NCBI GenBank assembly: GCA_041395785.1
Contig: JAWKZZ010000003.1
Coordinates: 526,978-590,977, forward strand
DNA from: Pseudomonadales bacterium
GTDB taxonomy: Bacteria > Pseudomonadota > Gammaproteobacteria > Pseudomonadales > UBA7239
Direction: 5' to 3'
DNA: 64,000 bases
The stretch's first letter is position 1; each line of letters starts with the position of its first letter. Positions 50,677-60,361 of this stretch are shown in pieces. The position numbers and the translations under genes are program-made. A model generated the notes under the pieces. The model did not search any database. It was given only the letters and a program-made list of their open reading frames with translations, and was not told the origin of the DNA.

Positions 50677-52620
50677 ATGAGCAGTCTTGCTGCATGCACT
50701 ACAGCCTCGGTTTTTCACCGAATGTCAGCTGTTGTTTTGTTGATTATTGGCGGACTATTTTCTGCACACGTTTTTGCGGTTCCATCTAATGTTTATGGGG
50801 CAATTTACGGTGGTGGAACATGTAAGCCGATCTTCTCCCCCAATAAGATGTATGTGCGCAGAAATGGATTGGAGTGTGATGTTACAGGCTCCACCACGCT
50901 ACAGTGTCGCGCCTATCACGGTGTTGGGCTTAGTAGTGGTGCCTCTATGCCTGGTTCTTTTCCTGCCTGCGGCGCACAGGATAGTTACTCAAGTTCTGTG
51001 ACAGTGAATGCGGCTGCAGATATCAGTGGCATCACATTATCGATGACTCAATTATGTGCAAATACTGCTTTGGGTAACCAGTGCTGGGATGTCGTTTTAA
51101 GCGTTGCTGAGTCTGTTGTATCGAATAAATATAGCTACGCATTTAATTTTGCGCTGACAGATCAAGACGCAGATGCTGATGGCGTACTCAATGCAACGGA
51201 CAACTGCCTATTCGTTTCAAATGCAGATCAGTTGAATACTGATGGAGATAGTGCGGGCGATGCATGCGACGCAACACCGAACGGTGACACGGACAACGAC
51301 GGCATCGATAACTTAAGTGACAACTGCGCGGCTGTTTCCAACAGCAATCAACTGGATTGGGATGGCAATGGCATCGGTGATGCCTGCGACGAACCTGTGC
51401 CAGTGCCTGAAGATGTGAAGGGCGAATTGAAAGCCGACAAAGCCGGTTCTTCTGTGGCATTTGCTGGTGATTTCAACGGCGATGGTTATGGCGACTATGT
51501 GGTCGGTTCACCGGGTGCCAACAAGGGTTCAGGTAAAGCCGTTGTGATGTCCGGCAAAGACGGCAGCATTCTCGCTTCGGTTGAAGGCACCGCCGCAAAA
51601 TATGCGATGGGTTTTGCCGTGGCAGGTAACGCCGATATTGATGGTGACGGTTTTGCCGATGTGATTGTCAGCGCGCCACAGGCTGCCATTCCCGGTCGCA
51701 AAGCCGTGGGTGAGGTGGTGGTGATCTACGGCTGCGCTGCAAACTGCACTGTCACCAACACGTTGCACGGCACAGAGTCCAAGGCGCTGTTTGGCGCAGC
51801 ACTGGCGTTGGCGGATGTAGTCGGTGACGGCCATGCCGATGTGATTGTCGGTGTACCAAAAGCCACGTACAACCGTGACGGTGTTGCGCTGAAACAGGCG
51901 GGCAGTGTGATCGTGTATGACGGCAGCACTATGGAAGTTGGCAAACGGTTTTACGGTGCCGCCGCCAATGCCCATGCAGGCACCGCCGTTGCAACGGGTG
52001 ATGCCGATGGCGACGGTCTGGCAGACATTATCATCGGTGCACCGGATGAAGACGGTGTGGGCAGTGTTCGTGGTTACAGTCGTAATGGAGCCGAATTGCT
52101 GCACAAGACCGGAACAGGCAAAAAATCACAATTTGGCAAAGCCGTGGCGAGTGCCGACATCAATCACGATGGCCATGCCGATATTGTCGTTGGCGCACCT
52201 CTGGATGATGATGCTGTCACTCGTACAAAAGACACAGGCAGCATCCGTGTGTTTAGTGGCAGCGATGGCGAATTATTACCAGTACAATTATTTGGCGCAG
52301 TGAAAAAAGCGTGGCTTGGCAGCAGTGTGGTGCTGGCGGATGTCAATGGTGACGGCACAATGGACATCATCGCTGGTGCGCCACAAAACGATAGCAGCAC
52401 CATCAAAAAAACCGGCAGCGTCACGGTATGGAGTGGTGCGACTTACGTGCCAATTATCACGGTGTACGGTTCGGCTTTCGGTAATTTATTTGGCGCGGCA
52501 TTGAGCGCAGGCGACATCAACAGCGATGGCAAGGCGGATGTGATTATCGGTGTGCCGGGTTTTGATTTGCCAAAAAAAGACGCAGGGAAAGTGACAGTGG
52601 TAAATGGATCCGCATTGTAG
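50677..52620 (+). CDS. Secreted FG-GAP (integrin-alpha-like) repeat protein with thrombospondin type-3-like Ca-binding repeats
   Basis: Signal-like N-terminus (AVVLLIIGGLFSAHVFA). TSP3-like repeats read DADADGVLNATDNC...DQLNTDGDSAGDACD...DTDNDGIDNLSDNC...DWDGNGIGDACD. At least 6 FG-GAP units follow (FG.A....D.NGDG.ADVI.GAP). Confidence 0.8.
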   Translation: MSSLAACTTASVFHRMSAVVLLIIGGLFSAHVFAVPSNVYGAIYGGGTCKPIFSPNKMYVRRNGLECDVTGSTTLQCRAYHGVGLSSGASMPGSFPACGAQDSYSSSVTVNAAADISGITLSMTQLCANTALGNQCWDVVLSVAESVVSNKYSYAFNFALTDQDADADGVLNATDNCLFVSNADQLNTDGDSAGDACDATPNGDTDNDGIDNLSDNCAAVSNSNQLDWDGNGIGDACDEPVPVPEDVKGELKADKAGSSVAFAGDFNGDGYGDYVVGSPGANKGSGKAVVMSGKDGSILASVEGTAAKYAMGFAVAGNADIDGDGFADVIVSAPQAAIPGRKAVGEVVVIYGCAANCTVTNTLHGTESKALFGAALALADVVGDGHADVIVGVPKATYNRDGVALKQAGSVIVYDGSTMEVGKRFYGAAANAHAGTAVATGDADGDGLADIIIGAPDEDGVGSVRGYSRNGAELLHKTGTGKKSQFGKAVASADINHDGHADIVVGAPLDDDAVTRTKDTGSIRVFSGSDGELLPVQLFGAVKKAWLGSSVVLADVNGDGTMDIIAGAPQNDSSTIKKTGSVTVWSGATYVPIITVYGSAFGNLFGAALSAGDINSDGKADVIIGVPGFDLPKKDAGKVTVVNGSAL

Positions 52621-52640
52621 GGGCGCGATTTATCGCGCCC
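52621..52640. terminator. GC-rich hairpin between convergent genes (possible bidirectional terminator)
   Basis: GGGCGCG-ATTTAT-CGCGCCC palindrome immediately after the FG-GAP gene stop and 5 nt before the ribE stop. It has no clear U-tract. Confidence 0.4.
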
Positions 52641-52645
52641 ATTCT

Positions 52646-53311
52646 CTAATGCGACAAGAATCCGTGTTCTGCCAGAAAGCTTGCCGTCAATTTTTCAGCA
52701 CTGTTTTTCTCTGCAGCCTTGTCGCCCAACAGTAAACGCTCCAAGTAGCGGGCAACGACATCCACTTCCAGGTTGACCTTGGTGCCGGTTTTGTATTCAC
52801 CAAACAGGGTTTTTTGTTGCGTGTGCGGCACAATATTCAAATCAAATTCGGCACCTTCGACTTGGTTGACGGTGAGGCTCACGCCGTCGACACACACGGA
52901 GCCTTTGTGTGCGATATAGCGCGCCAGCTCTGCCGGTGCGCGCAAGCGGTAGCGAATCGAACGCGCATCGCTGTGGATGTTGACAATTTCACCGACGCCA
53001 TCGACATGCCCGCTGACGATATGGCCACCTAAGCGATCATTTGCGCGCAAGGCTTTTTCTAAATTGACGCGGCTGCCGTTTTTCAACGCGCCCAGTGTGG
53101 TGTGGTTGAGTGTTTCTATCGAAACATCGGCCCAAAAACCGTCACCGGGTAATTCCACAACAGTGAGACAAACGCCGTTGGTGGCGATGCTGTCGCCCAA
53201 GATCACATCGGAAAGATCCAAGCTGGCGGTTTGAATGCGCAAGCGTTTGTCGCCGTGGTGGTTTTCGCTGGCGACCAATTTTCCCACTGCTTGAATAATG
53301 CCGGTAAACAT
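52646..53311 (-). CDS. ribE: Riboflavin synthase (alpha chain)
   Basis: ORF 52646..53380, start chosen at MFTGIIQAVGK, the canonical N-terminus. It has the duplicated lumazine-binding repeat (GDSIATNGVCLTV / GSVCVDGVSLTV). Confidence 0.93.
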   Translation of the reverse strand: MFTGIIQAVGKLVASENHHGDKRLRIQTASLDLSDVILGDSIATNGVCLTVVELPGDGFWADVSIETLNHTTLGALKNGSRVNLEKALRANDRLGGHIVSGHVDGVGEIVNIHSDARSIRYRLRAPAELARYIAHKGSVCVDGVSLTVNQVEGAEFDLNIVPHTQQKTLFGEYKTGTKVNLEVDVVARYLERLLLGDKAAEKNSAEKLTASFLAEHGFLSH

Positions 53312-53324
53312 AAATCGGTTCTCT

Positions 53325-54419
53325 TTAGTGCGTAGTGCGAAGAATAAAACGCCAGTCGTTGCCGATGGCGCGTGCATCAATCATGTGTAACTGATGTGCG
53401 TTTGCCATGTTATCCAGTGGCAAATTGAATAGAGGGCGTGCGCCACTGCCCATCAATTGTGGCGCCATGTAAATCACCAATTCATCGGCTAAATTGTGTT
53501 GCATAAAAGCACCGGCCAATGTTGCGCCAGCTTCCACCAACACTTCGTTGCATTGTCGGCGTGCAAGTTCAACGAGTAATGCGTGTAAGTCGAGATGATT
53601 GTCTTTGCGCGGCAGCGTGCAAGGCGTGATATGTGCAGGCAGTGATGCTGTCGGTGTGAGATTGCTACACCACAACACGGGGGCTGTGTCGACAAAGAAG
53701 GGTGTGTCGAGCGCAACGCGGGCGTGCTGGTCGAGCAACACGCGCAGAGGTTGGCGATGGTTTAGCTGTTGCAGTGCTTCAGGATGTCGCACGGTGAGCC
53801 TAGCGGCATCGTGCAAAACTGTGTCGGCAGTCGTGATAATCGCACAGCTGCGCGCGCGCAAAAACTGCACATCTTCACGCGCCGCGGCGCCGGTAATCCA
53901 CTGCGATTCACCGGAGGCCATCGCGGTGCGGCCATCCAAACTCATCGCCATTTTGATGCGCACAAACGGCAGGTTTTTTTGCATGCGTTTGATAAAGCCG
54001 AGGTTCAATGCGCGAGCTTCTTTTTCTAGCAACGGTCCGTCGACCATAACGCCAGCTTCGCGCAGTTTTTGCAGGCCGCGCCCAGCCACTTGTGGGTTGG
54101 GATCTTGCATGCCGTACACCACGCGCGCAATGCCGGCGGCGATCAGTGCTTCGCAACAGGGGCCGGTTTTGCCGTGGTGCGAGCAGGGTTCTAGCGTGAC
54201 ATAGGCGGTTGCGCCGCGGGCTTTGTCACCCGCTTGTTGCAGGGCATGAATTTCGGCATGGGCTTCGCCCGCTTTGGCGTGCCAGCCTTCAGCGATGCAA
54301 GTGCCCGTGTTGTCGACAATGACGCAACCCACGCGCGGGTTGGGTGGGGTGCTGTACAGGCCGCGCTCCGCCAATTGCAGGGCGCGCGTCATGTGTTGTT
54401 GGTCAGCGTCGGAGAGCAC
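53325..54419 (-). CDS. ribD: Bifunctional diaminohydroxyphosphoribosylaminopyrimidine deaminase / 5-amino-6-(5-phosphoribosylamino)uracil reductase
   Basis: HAEIHAL...TLEPCSHHGKTGPCC (CDA zinc motif) and SLDGRTAMASGESQWITG (reductase). The GTG at 54419, just after the nrdR stop, was chosen as the start. Alternatives are the Met at 54392 or at 54470. Confidence 0.92.
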   Translation of the reverse strand: MLSDADQQHMTRALQLAERGLYSTPPNPRVGCVIVDNTGTCIAEGWHAKAGEAHAEIHALQQAGDKARGATAYVTLEPCSHHGKTGPCCEALIAAGIARVVYGMQDPNPQVAGRGLQKLREAGVMVDGPLLEKEARALNLGFIKRMQKNLPFVRIKMAMSLDGRTAMASGESQWITGAAAREDVQFLRARSCAIITTADTVLHDAARLTVRHPEALQQLNHRQPLRVLLDQHARVALDTPFFVDTAPVLWCSNLTPTASLPAHITPCTLPRKDNHLDLHALLVELARRQCNEVLVEAGATLAGAFMQHNLADELVIYMAPQLMGSGARPLFNLPLDNMANAHQLHMIDARAIGNDWRFILRTTH

Positions 54420-54423
54420 GGCG

Positions 54424-54882
54424 TTAGGTATGTTGCGGTTGCAGTTTGTCAATTTCGGCGCGGAATTCATCGAGATCTTTGAAATCGCGATACACCGAAG
54501 CAAAGCGCACATAAGCCACTTGATCGAGCTTGCGCAATTGCTCCATCACTTGTTCGCCAATGCTGCGCGAGGACAGTTCGCGCTCGCCGGTGGCCTGCAA
54601 TTTGTGTTTGATATGCGTGAGTGCCGATTCAATGTCCTCCATGCTCACTGGGCGTTTTTCCAGTGCTTTTTGCATGCCGGCGCGCAATTTGTGTTCGTCA
54701 AACGGCACGCGCGAACCGTCGCTTTTGATGATGCGCGGCATCAGCAGTTCAGCGATTTCGTAGGTGGTAAAGCGCTCGTGACAGGTGAGGCACTCGCGAC
54801 GACGGCGCACTTGATCGCCTTCAGCAACCAAACGCGAGTCGATAACCTTGGTGTCAGTTTCAGAGCAAAACGGGCAGTGCAT
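54424..54882 (-). CDS. nrdR: Transcriptional repressor NrdR
   Basis: [19 protein letters not shown]...[17 protein letters not shown] (zinc ribbon) plus an ATP-cone. Length 152 aa. Confidence 0.95.
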   Translation of the reverse strand: MHCPFCSETDTKVIDSRLVAEGDQVRRRRECLTCHERFTTYEIAELLMPRIIKSDGSRVPFDEHKLRAGMQKALEKRPVSMEDIESALTHIKHKLQATGERELSSRSIGEQVMEQLRKLDQVAYVRFASVYRDFKDLDEFRAEIDKLQPQHT

Positions 54883-54927
54883 AGCCGAGGGATCCTTGAT
54901 CTACAATGGCGCAGATTGTAACTGTGA

Positions 54928-55536
54928 ATGCCGACCATGACCGAGACCAGCCATTTTTTTGCCTACCTCAGCAAACTGCGTTGGATCGAGCGCTGGGGGA
55001 TGAAGCGTAACGCCATCCGTGAAAATGTTATGGAGCACAGTTTTGAAGTGGCTGTCGTGGCGCACGCTCTGGGTGAGTTGTACAACCAAAATCATACAGA
55101 GAAATTGGATTTAGGCGTGCTGGTGTTGACCGCTTTGTATCACGATGCTTCAGAAGTGTTGACCGGCGATTTGCCATCGCCGATCAAGTACCACAATGAA
55201 AAAATTCGCGATGCGTACAAAGAAGTAGAGCATGCAGCGGAACGCGAAATGTTGGCGATGCTGCCCAAGCCTTTACAGGCTACTTATGCACCGTTTTTGT
55301 TGTCAGAGCGTGTAGATCCTATTGTTAAACAATTGATTAAAGCCGCTGATATCATCGTGGCGTACACCAAATGCAAAGCGGAAATGGTGGCGGGCAACCC
55401 GGAATTCAGCAAAGCCATGAAAGATATGGAGGAGAAACTGTCGCACATTGCTTTGCCAGAAGTGCGCCAGTTCTGTGAAATGTTTTTGCCGAGCTTTAGT
55501 TTGACGCTGGATGAGTTGATTAAGCCGCAGGCTTGA
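54928..55536 (+). CDS. yfbR: 5'-deoxynucleotidase YfbR (HD domain)
   Basis: SHFFAYLSKLRWIERWGMKRNAIRENVMEHS...LYHDASEVLTGDLPSPIKY is colinear with E. coli YfbR. Confidence 0.88.
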   Translation: MPTMTETSHFFAYLSKLRWIERWGMKRNAIRENVMEHSFEVAVVAHALGELYNQNHTEKLDLGVLVLTALYHDASEVLTGDLPSPIKYHNEKIRDAYKEVEHAAEREMLAMLPKPLQATYAPFLLSERVDPIVKQLIKAADIIVAYTKCKAEMVAGNPEFSKAMKDMEEKLSHIALPEVRQFCEMFLPSFSLTLDELIKPQA

Positions 55537-56554
55537 TTAAAGAGGGCAGTTGCCGCAAATGGGATTGAGTGTGTCTTTTGCATATGTGCTAGTCGAAGTG
55601 CTTGATATTCGTTTCCGTTCCAATACTCACTAAAATTTCCTGTATTAATATTAAATGTCCCATGGTTTGGTTGGGTGCGTGCACAGCAGGGTGTTACATG
55701 TCCTTCGGCGGTGATATGTACGGAGCGATAAGGCCATGCGCATTTACCGATGCGCCGCTTTGGTAATTTATAGCCAACCATGATGCCGCGAAATGCCAAA
55801 CGCCATTGCTGTTTTATGATGGCCTTATGGATTTCCGGTAATTTCAAGAGAGACTTATGTATCCTGTCGGCCGTTGTTTGGTAATCAGGATCTCCGCGCA
55901 CCAGCCAAGTTTTCGACAAAGCCTATGGCCAGATAATCGACGCCCAGATCAATACACAACGAACCCAGCGATGAAAGATTTTTGTAGTTCATCTCAGTGG
56001 TGGTGTTGTGTATTCCTATGATGACGCTGGAGTCACCACGATTCCTTTCTTCCAATAACACTCGCATACCTGTCAGTACTTCATCTAGGCCGACTTTTTC
56101 CATAGGTCGAATTTGCGCGAATTCTTCGGGCTCTGTCGAATCGATGCTGATACCGACTTCATAGACATATTCGTGTATTAGGCGGCGGATTTTTTTCATT
56201 GAGCAACAAGCTGCCGTTGGTGATAATCCATACCTTGATCGAGCGCTCCTTGAGTTTTTTCAAAATAAATTCGATGTCAGGGTGAAGAAATATTTCACCG
56301 AGCCCCGCGAGGCGGATGGTTTTCAGGTCTGGCAGTGTCGTCAGTATCTTGTCGAGAGTCGCTGGTAATAGATCATTTTTTAGGTCGTTAGGATGTAGAC
56401 TGCTGCGTGAACAGGTGCCGCAAGTTGCATTGCAGCGTGTAGTCGCTTCGATCTCGACATGATCCGGCATTGGTGCGAGCAGAGCTGGCTTGTAGCGAAT
56501 CATGCTTGTATAGAGAACAAGCTTGCGAAACTTCCGGTGCAGGCTTCTGAACAT
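55537..56554 (-). pseudogene. Radical SAM / SPASM-domain protein split by three frameshifts
   Basis: Track ORFs 56159..56554 (EATTRCNATCGTCS, a CxxxCxxC motif), 55885..56199 and 55284..55919 (CAWPYRSVHITAEGHVTPCC, SPASM-like) are consecutive pieces of one gene. A fourth frame supplies the expected end, KDTLNPICGNCPL*, with its stop at 55537, abutting the yfbR stop at 55536. The frame changes lie at an A7 run (~56190-56196), near GAAAAC (~55905) and at CAAAAG (~55584). Confidence 0.8.
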
Positions 56555-56568
56555 AAATTTTCCCGCAA

Positions 56569-58137
56569 CTACACAGCTTGTGTACTGGCAATCAATTCAT
56601 GTTCAGCAGTCTTGCTTTTCCTGACTACTTGGTAGTTGGTGCGTGATGGAGTTTGTCCGCGGAATTCATATTGAGGCCAGCGGTCACGAGCGTAATAGCG
56701 TGAAGAAATCTTGGTTGATAGTGGCGGCATGAAAAGAAATTTAAGGACATAGTAAAAATCCCAGAAAATAGCGCCTGTCCTCAATCCGTGTGTAAGCCGC
56801 CGCCAAATAAATTTGGCATTGAATAAAACGGCTCTTTTATAAGCTATTTGAGTGTATTGAGCCACGGTCTCTCGACTGAGGTGGCTGTGTGTAAACAGAG
56901 ATTCATTCGAGTAAGTGTAATAATCATCCCAGTTGTAGGATTGGATAATGCCTTGTGCATGATAACGATTGAACATTTCTGTTCCTGGAAATGCTACGGT
57001 TCTACCAAATTTAATCATTTCCAAGGGTAATTCACTGGCAAAACGGATGGTGTCCTCCATGGTTTCTTCAGTGTCTGCAGCTAGACCAAGCATGAAAAAA
57101 CCACTGGTTTCTAGCTTGCATTTTCTGGCAATTGCCGCAGCCTGTTTGCCCAACTCTATACTTGCTTTTCCTCCTTTGCCAAACGAACGAAGTATTTCGT
57201 CATTACCTGACTCGAAGCCAAAAGAAACGCGGTAACAGCCGGCGCTATACATTTTTTTAAAAAGAGTCTCGTCGGCACTTTCAACGCGGATGCCGTTTGT
57301 ACAAGTCCAGGCGATATTCACGCCGGCAGCAATGATTGCATCACAAACGCGTGTGGCCCATTCTTGGTCTGAAGTGAAAATGTCATCGACCAGAACCGCT
57401 TCGCGAAAGCCGAGAGACTCTAGTTTTTTCAATTCTGCGGCACAGCGTTCCGGAGATTTTTTTCGATAACCTAACGCCATAGTCATCTTGCTGGCGCAGT
57501 AGTCACATTTGTAAACACAGCCGCGTGAAAATTCAACGCTAGCTACTGGTTGATGGCGGGCAAATAGTCGTGAACCGTGTTTCCGATAGATTTCTTTATC
57601 ATACAGTTCCCAGGCGGGTAGTGGTAAGTCATCTAGATTCGCAATAGGTGTGCGCATCCCTGTAAATAGAATTTCTTCGCCGTTTCTGTAGTACAGGCCT
57701 TTAATATCTTTTGGGGGCACACCGTCACAATATTCTGCGAAGGAGATATCAGCTTCGCCGACAAATACGGCATCTAAGTGAGACTCTAATAGCGACTCAC
57801 GCGGCAGTGATGAAACATGAGCGCCGCCGCCAATTATGCGCACAGACGGAAGAATTTCTTTGGCCAATAAACTGATATCGCGTAACTGGTTCATGAGGGG
57901 TGTTGTAGCGGTGATGCCGATCACATCTGGCTTGTAATTGAGAATCTTGTCTTTGACTAGTTCGAAGTTATACGGCGTGTATGACAGATCAAAGATTTCA
58001 ACCTGATGACCGTGCTGCATAGCACTGGCGGCAATGGTGGCTAGGCCGAGCGTGGGAAATACCGGATTGGTGATTGCTCCCTTGCTGCCACTATAGCTGG
58101 GTACATACGATGGGTTGATCAAAAGTACACGCGCCAT
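56569..58137 (-). CDS. B12-binding-domain radical SAM protein (class B rSAM)
   Basis: MARVLLINPS...GLATIAASAMQHGHQVEIFD...DVIGITATTP...IIGGGAHVS is the cobalamin-binding Rossmann pattern. It is followed by FSRGCVYKCDYCAS (CxxxCxxC). Length ~522 aa. Confidence 0.85.
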   Translation of the reverse strand: MARVLLINPSYVPSYSGSKGAITNPVFPTLGLATIAASAMQHGHQVEIFDLSYTPYNFELVKDKILNYKPDVIGITATTPLMNQLRDISLLAKEILPSVRIIGGGAHVSSLPRESLLESHLDAVFVGEADISFAEYCDGVPPKDIKGLYYRNGEEILFTGMRTPIANLDDLPLPAWELYDKEIYRKHGSRLFARHQPVASVEFSRGCVYKCDYCASKMTMALGYRKKSPERCAAELKKLESLGFREAVLVDDIFTSDQEWATRVCDAIIAAGVNIAWTCTNGIRVESADETLFKKMYSAGCYRVSFGFESGNDEILRSFGKGGKASIELGKQAAAIARKCKLETSGFFMLGLAADTEETMEDTIRFASELPLEMIKFGRTVAFPGTEMFNRYHAQGIIQSYNWDDYYTYSNESLFTHSHLSRETVAQYTQIAYKRAVLFNAKFIWRRLTHGLRTGAIFWDFYYVLKFLFMPPLSTKISSRYYARDRWPQYEFRGQTPSRTNYQVVRKSKTAEHELIASTQAV

Positions 58138-58324
58138 TAGCACATACCTGTTTCAGATCGTTTGGAGGCGAATATAATCCACTTCATTTGCAGGGTTTCT
58201 ATCGGGCGGTTTTGATTATTAATTATTGGATTAAGTCTACCACCACTCTAAACCTGCATTACGCTTTGTTCCACCTTTTTGCAGCTGAGATGGCGGAAGT
58301 TTCTCCCAGTGTTATAACAAATGC

Positions 58325-59587
58325 TCAGCGATACACTGGATACTTCGCACACAGCGCTGACACTTTTTCGCGCACAGCGCTGATAGTTGCTTCGGCATCG
58401 CCTTTTTCCATCGCGTCAAAAATATCGCAAATCCAGTTGGCGAGTTCGCGGCATTCTGCTTCGCCAAAGCCGCGTGTGGTGCAGGCCGGTGTGCCGATGC
58501 GGATACCGGAAGTCACCATCGGTGGGCGCGGGTCGTTCGGTACGGCATTTTTGTTGACGGTGATATGCGCTTGGCCGAGCGCAGCATCCGCTTCTTTGCC
58601 GGTGATGTTTTTATCGATCAGTGACAACAAGAACAAATGGTTTTCTGTGCCGCCGGATACCACTTGATAGCCGCGAGCCATCACGGTGGCGGCCATCGCT
58701 TTGGCATTGGTGATCACTTGTTGTTGATAAGTTTTGAACGCGGGTTGCAGTGCTTCTTGGAAGCACACCGCTTTGGCGGCGATGACATGCATCAGCGGGC
58801 CGCCTTGTTGCCCAGGGAAAACAGCGGAGTTCAGTTTCTTTTCCAATTCTTCGTTTTTGCGCGCAAGGATCAAACCGCCACGAGGGCCACGCAGGGTTTT
58901 GTGTGTGGTGGTGGTGACCACATCGGCAAACGGCACAGGGTTGGGGTAGAGGCCAGCGGCGATCAAGCCGGCGACATGCGCCATATCGACAAACAAATAC
59001 GCGCCCACTTTGTCGGCAATTTCGCGAAAGCGCGGGAAGTCTAAAATACCGGAGTACGCAGAAAAACCCGCGACGATCATTTTGGGTTTGTGTTCGAGTG
59101 CGAGGCGCTCTAGTTCGGCGTAGTCAATCAGGCCGGTGGCTGGATCCAAGCCGTATTGCGCAGATTTGTAGATCTTGCCGGAAAAATTGACACCGGCGCC
59201 GTGGGTGAGGTGGCCGCCGTGGGCGAGTGACATGCCGAGTACGGTGTCGCCCGGTTGGCACAGCGCCATGTAAACCGCTGCATTGGCTTGGCTGCCGGAG
59301 TGCGGCTGCACATTGGCGTAATCGGCGCCGAATAATTGTTTGGCGCGATCGATGGCGAGTTGCTCCACAACATCCACATATTCGCAGCCGCCGTAGTAGC
59401 GTTTGCTGGGGTAGCCCTCGGCGTATTTGTTGGTCAGTTCGGAGCCTTGCGCTGCCATTACCGCAGGACTGGCGTAGTTTTCAGAAGCGATCAGCTCGAT
59501 GTGATCCTCTTGTCGTTTTTGTTCGCTCTGAATGGCGCTCCAGAGGTCAGGATCGAACGAGGCGAGGGTGACATCTTTGCTAAACAT
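58325..59587 (-). CDS. glyA: Serine hydroxymethyltransferase
   Basis: ORF 58325..59632, start chosen at [16 protein letters not shown]. It reads [20 protein letters not shown] and [14 protein letters not shown] (PLP lysine). Confidence 0.96.
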   Translation of the reverse strand: MFSKDVTLASFDPDLWSAIQSEQKRQEDHIELIASENYASPAVMAAQGSELTNKYAEGYPSKRYYGGCEYVDVVEQLAIDRAKQLFGADYANVQPHSGSQANAAVYMALCQPGDTVLGMSLAHGGHLTHGAGVNFSGKIYKSAQYGLDPATGLIDYAELERLALEHKPKMIVAGFSAYSGILDFPRFREIADKVGAYLFVDMAHVAGLIAAGLYPNPVPFADVVTTTTHKTLRGPRGGLILARKNEELEKKLNSAVFPGQQGGPLMHVIAAKAVCFQEALQPAFKTYQQQVITNAKAMAATVMARGYQVVSGGTENHLFLLSLIDKNITGKEADAALGQAHITVNKNAVPNDPRPPMVTSGIRIGTPACTTRGFGEAECRELANWICDIFDAMEKGDAEATISAVREKVSALCAKYPVYR

Positions 59588-59703
59588 AACAAGGCTCCGA
59601 AACAGCAGGGCTGGGAAAAAATGATGCCGCATTGTACACGAGGGGTTGCTTTCGGCAGAATGCAGAGCATCCCTGCTGGTTGTGCCGTTTTTGCTGTTTG
59701 CTT

Positions 59704-59955
59704 ATGCCTGATGTTTTCAATCCCGATCACTCCATTGATGCGCGTCATCTGTACTGTCCAGAGCCCGTGATGCTGCTGCATAAAGCCGTGCGCGAGGTAC
59801 TGGAAGGGCAGCTGATCGAAATGCTGGCGACCGACCCTTCTACCACGCGTGATGTGCCGAAGTTTTGTCACTTTCTCGGCCATGAATTGTTGGTGCAAAC
59901 ACAAGATGGCGAGTTGTATCGCTATGTCATTCGCAAAATCGTAAAAGAGGTTTGA
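59704..59955 (+). CDS. tusA: Sulfurtransferase TusA family protein
   Basis: [29 protein letters not shown]...[14 protein letters not shown]...YRYVIRK is colinear with E. coli TusA, including the CPxP active site. Confidence 0.88.
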   Translation: MPDVFNPDHSIDARHLYCPEPVMLLHKAVREVLEGQLIEMLATDPSTTRDVPKFCHFLGHELLVQTQDGELYRYVIRKIVKEV

Positions 59956-59956
59956 G

Positions 59957-60340
59957 ATGCGTTTATTGCACACCATGTTGCGCGTGACCGACTTGCCGCG
60001 CTCAATTGCTTTTTATACCGATGTGTTGGGGATGCGCTTGTTGCGCCAGCAAGATTATCCTGACGGCCAATTTACGCTTGCCTTTCTCGGCTACGGTGAC
60101 GAAGCCAGTAACACCGTCATCGAGCTCACCTACAACTGGGGCTTGAGCAGCTATGAATTAGGCACCGCGTACGGGCACATCGCAATAGCCGTGGATGATG
60201 TGCAGGCGGCGGTAGATGCGATGCGCGCCAAAGGGGCGAAGATTTTGCGCGAGCCGGGGCCGATGAAAGCCGGTACAACGGTGTTGGCGTTTCTTGAAGA
60301 CCCTGACGGCTATCGCATAGAGTTATTGGCAAAACATTAA
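59957..60340 (+). CDS. gloA: Lactoylglutathione lyase (glyoxalase I)
   Basis: [30 protein letters not shown]...ELTYNWG...GHIAIAVDD...[10 protein letters not shown]. Confidence 0.93.
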   Translation: MRLLHTMLRVTDLPRSIAFYTDVLGMRLLRQQDYPDGQFTLAFLGYGDEASNTVIELTYNWGLSSYELGTAYGHIAIAVDDVQAAVDAMRAKGAKILREPGPMKAGTTVLAFLEDPDGYRIELLAKH

Positions 60341-60361
60341 AAACAAAACAATAAGGAGTGA

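Noticed and set aside
55284-55536. 250-nt antisense overlap of ORF 55284..55919 with the 3' end of yfbR
   Set aside because: The overlap exists only because a 1-nt frame change at ~55584 bypasses the natural stop. The corrected frame ends CGNCPL* at 55537, immediately outside yfbR.
55537-58324. Mobile-element origin of the rSAM insertion
   Set aside because: No integrase, transposase, tRNA attachment site, or direct or inverted terminal repeats could be seen. Only the AT-richer composition hints at foreign origin, so it is reported as an insertion of unknown mechanism and not as a mobile element.
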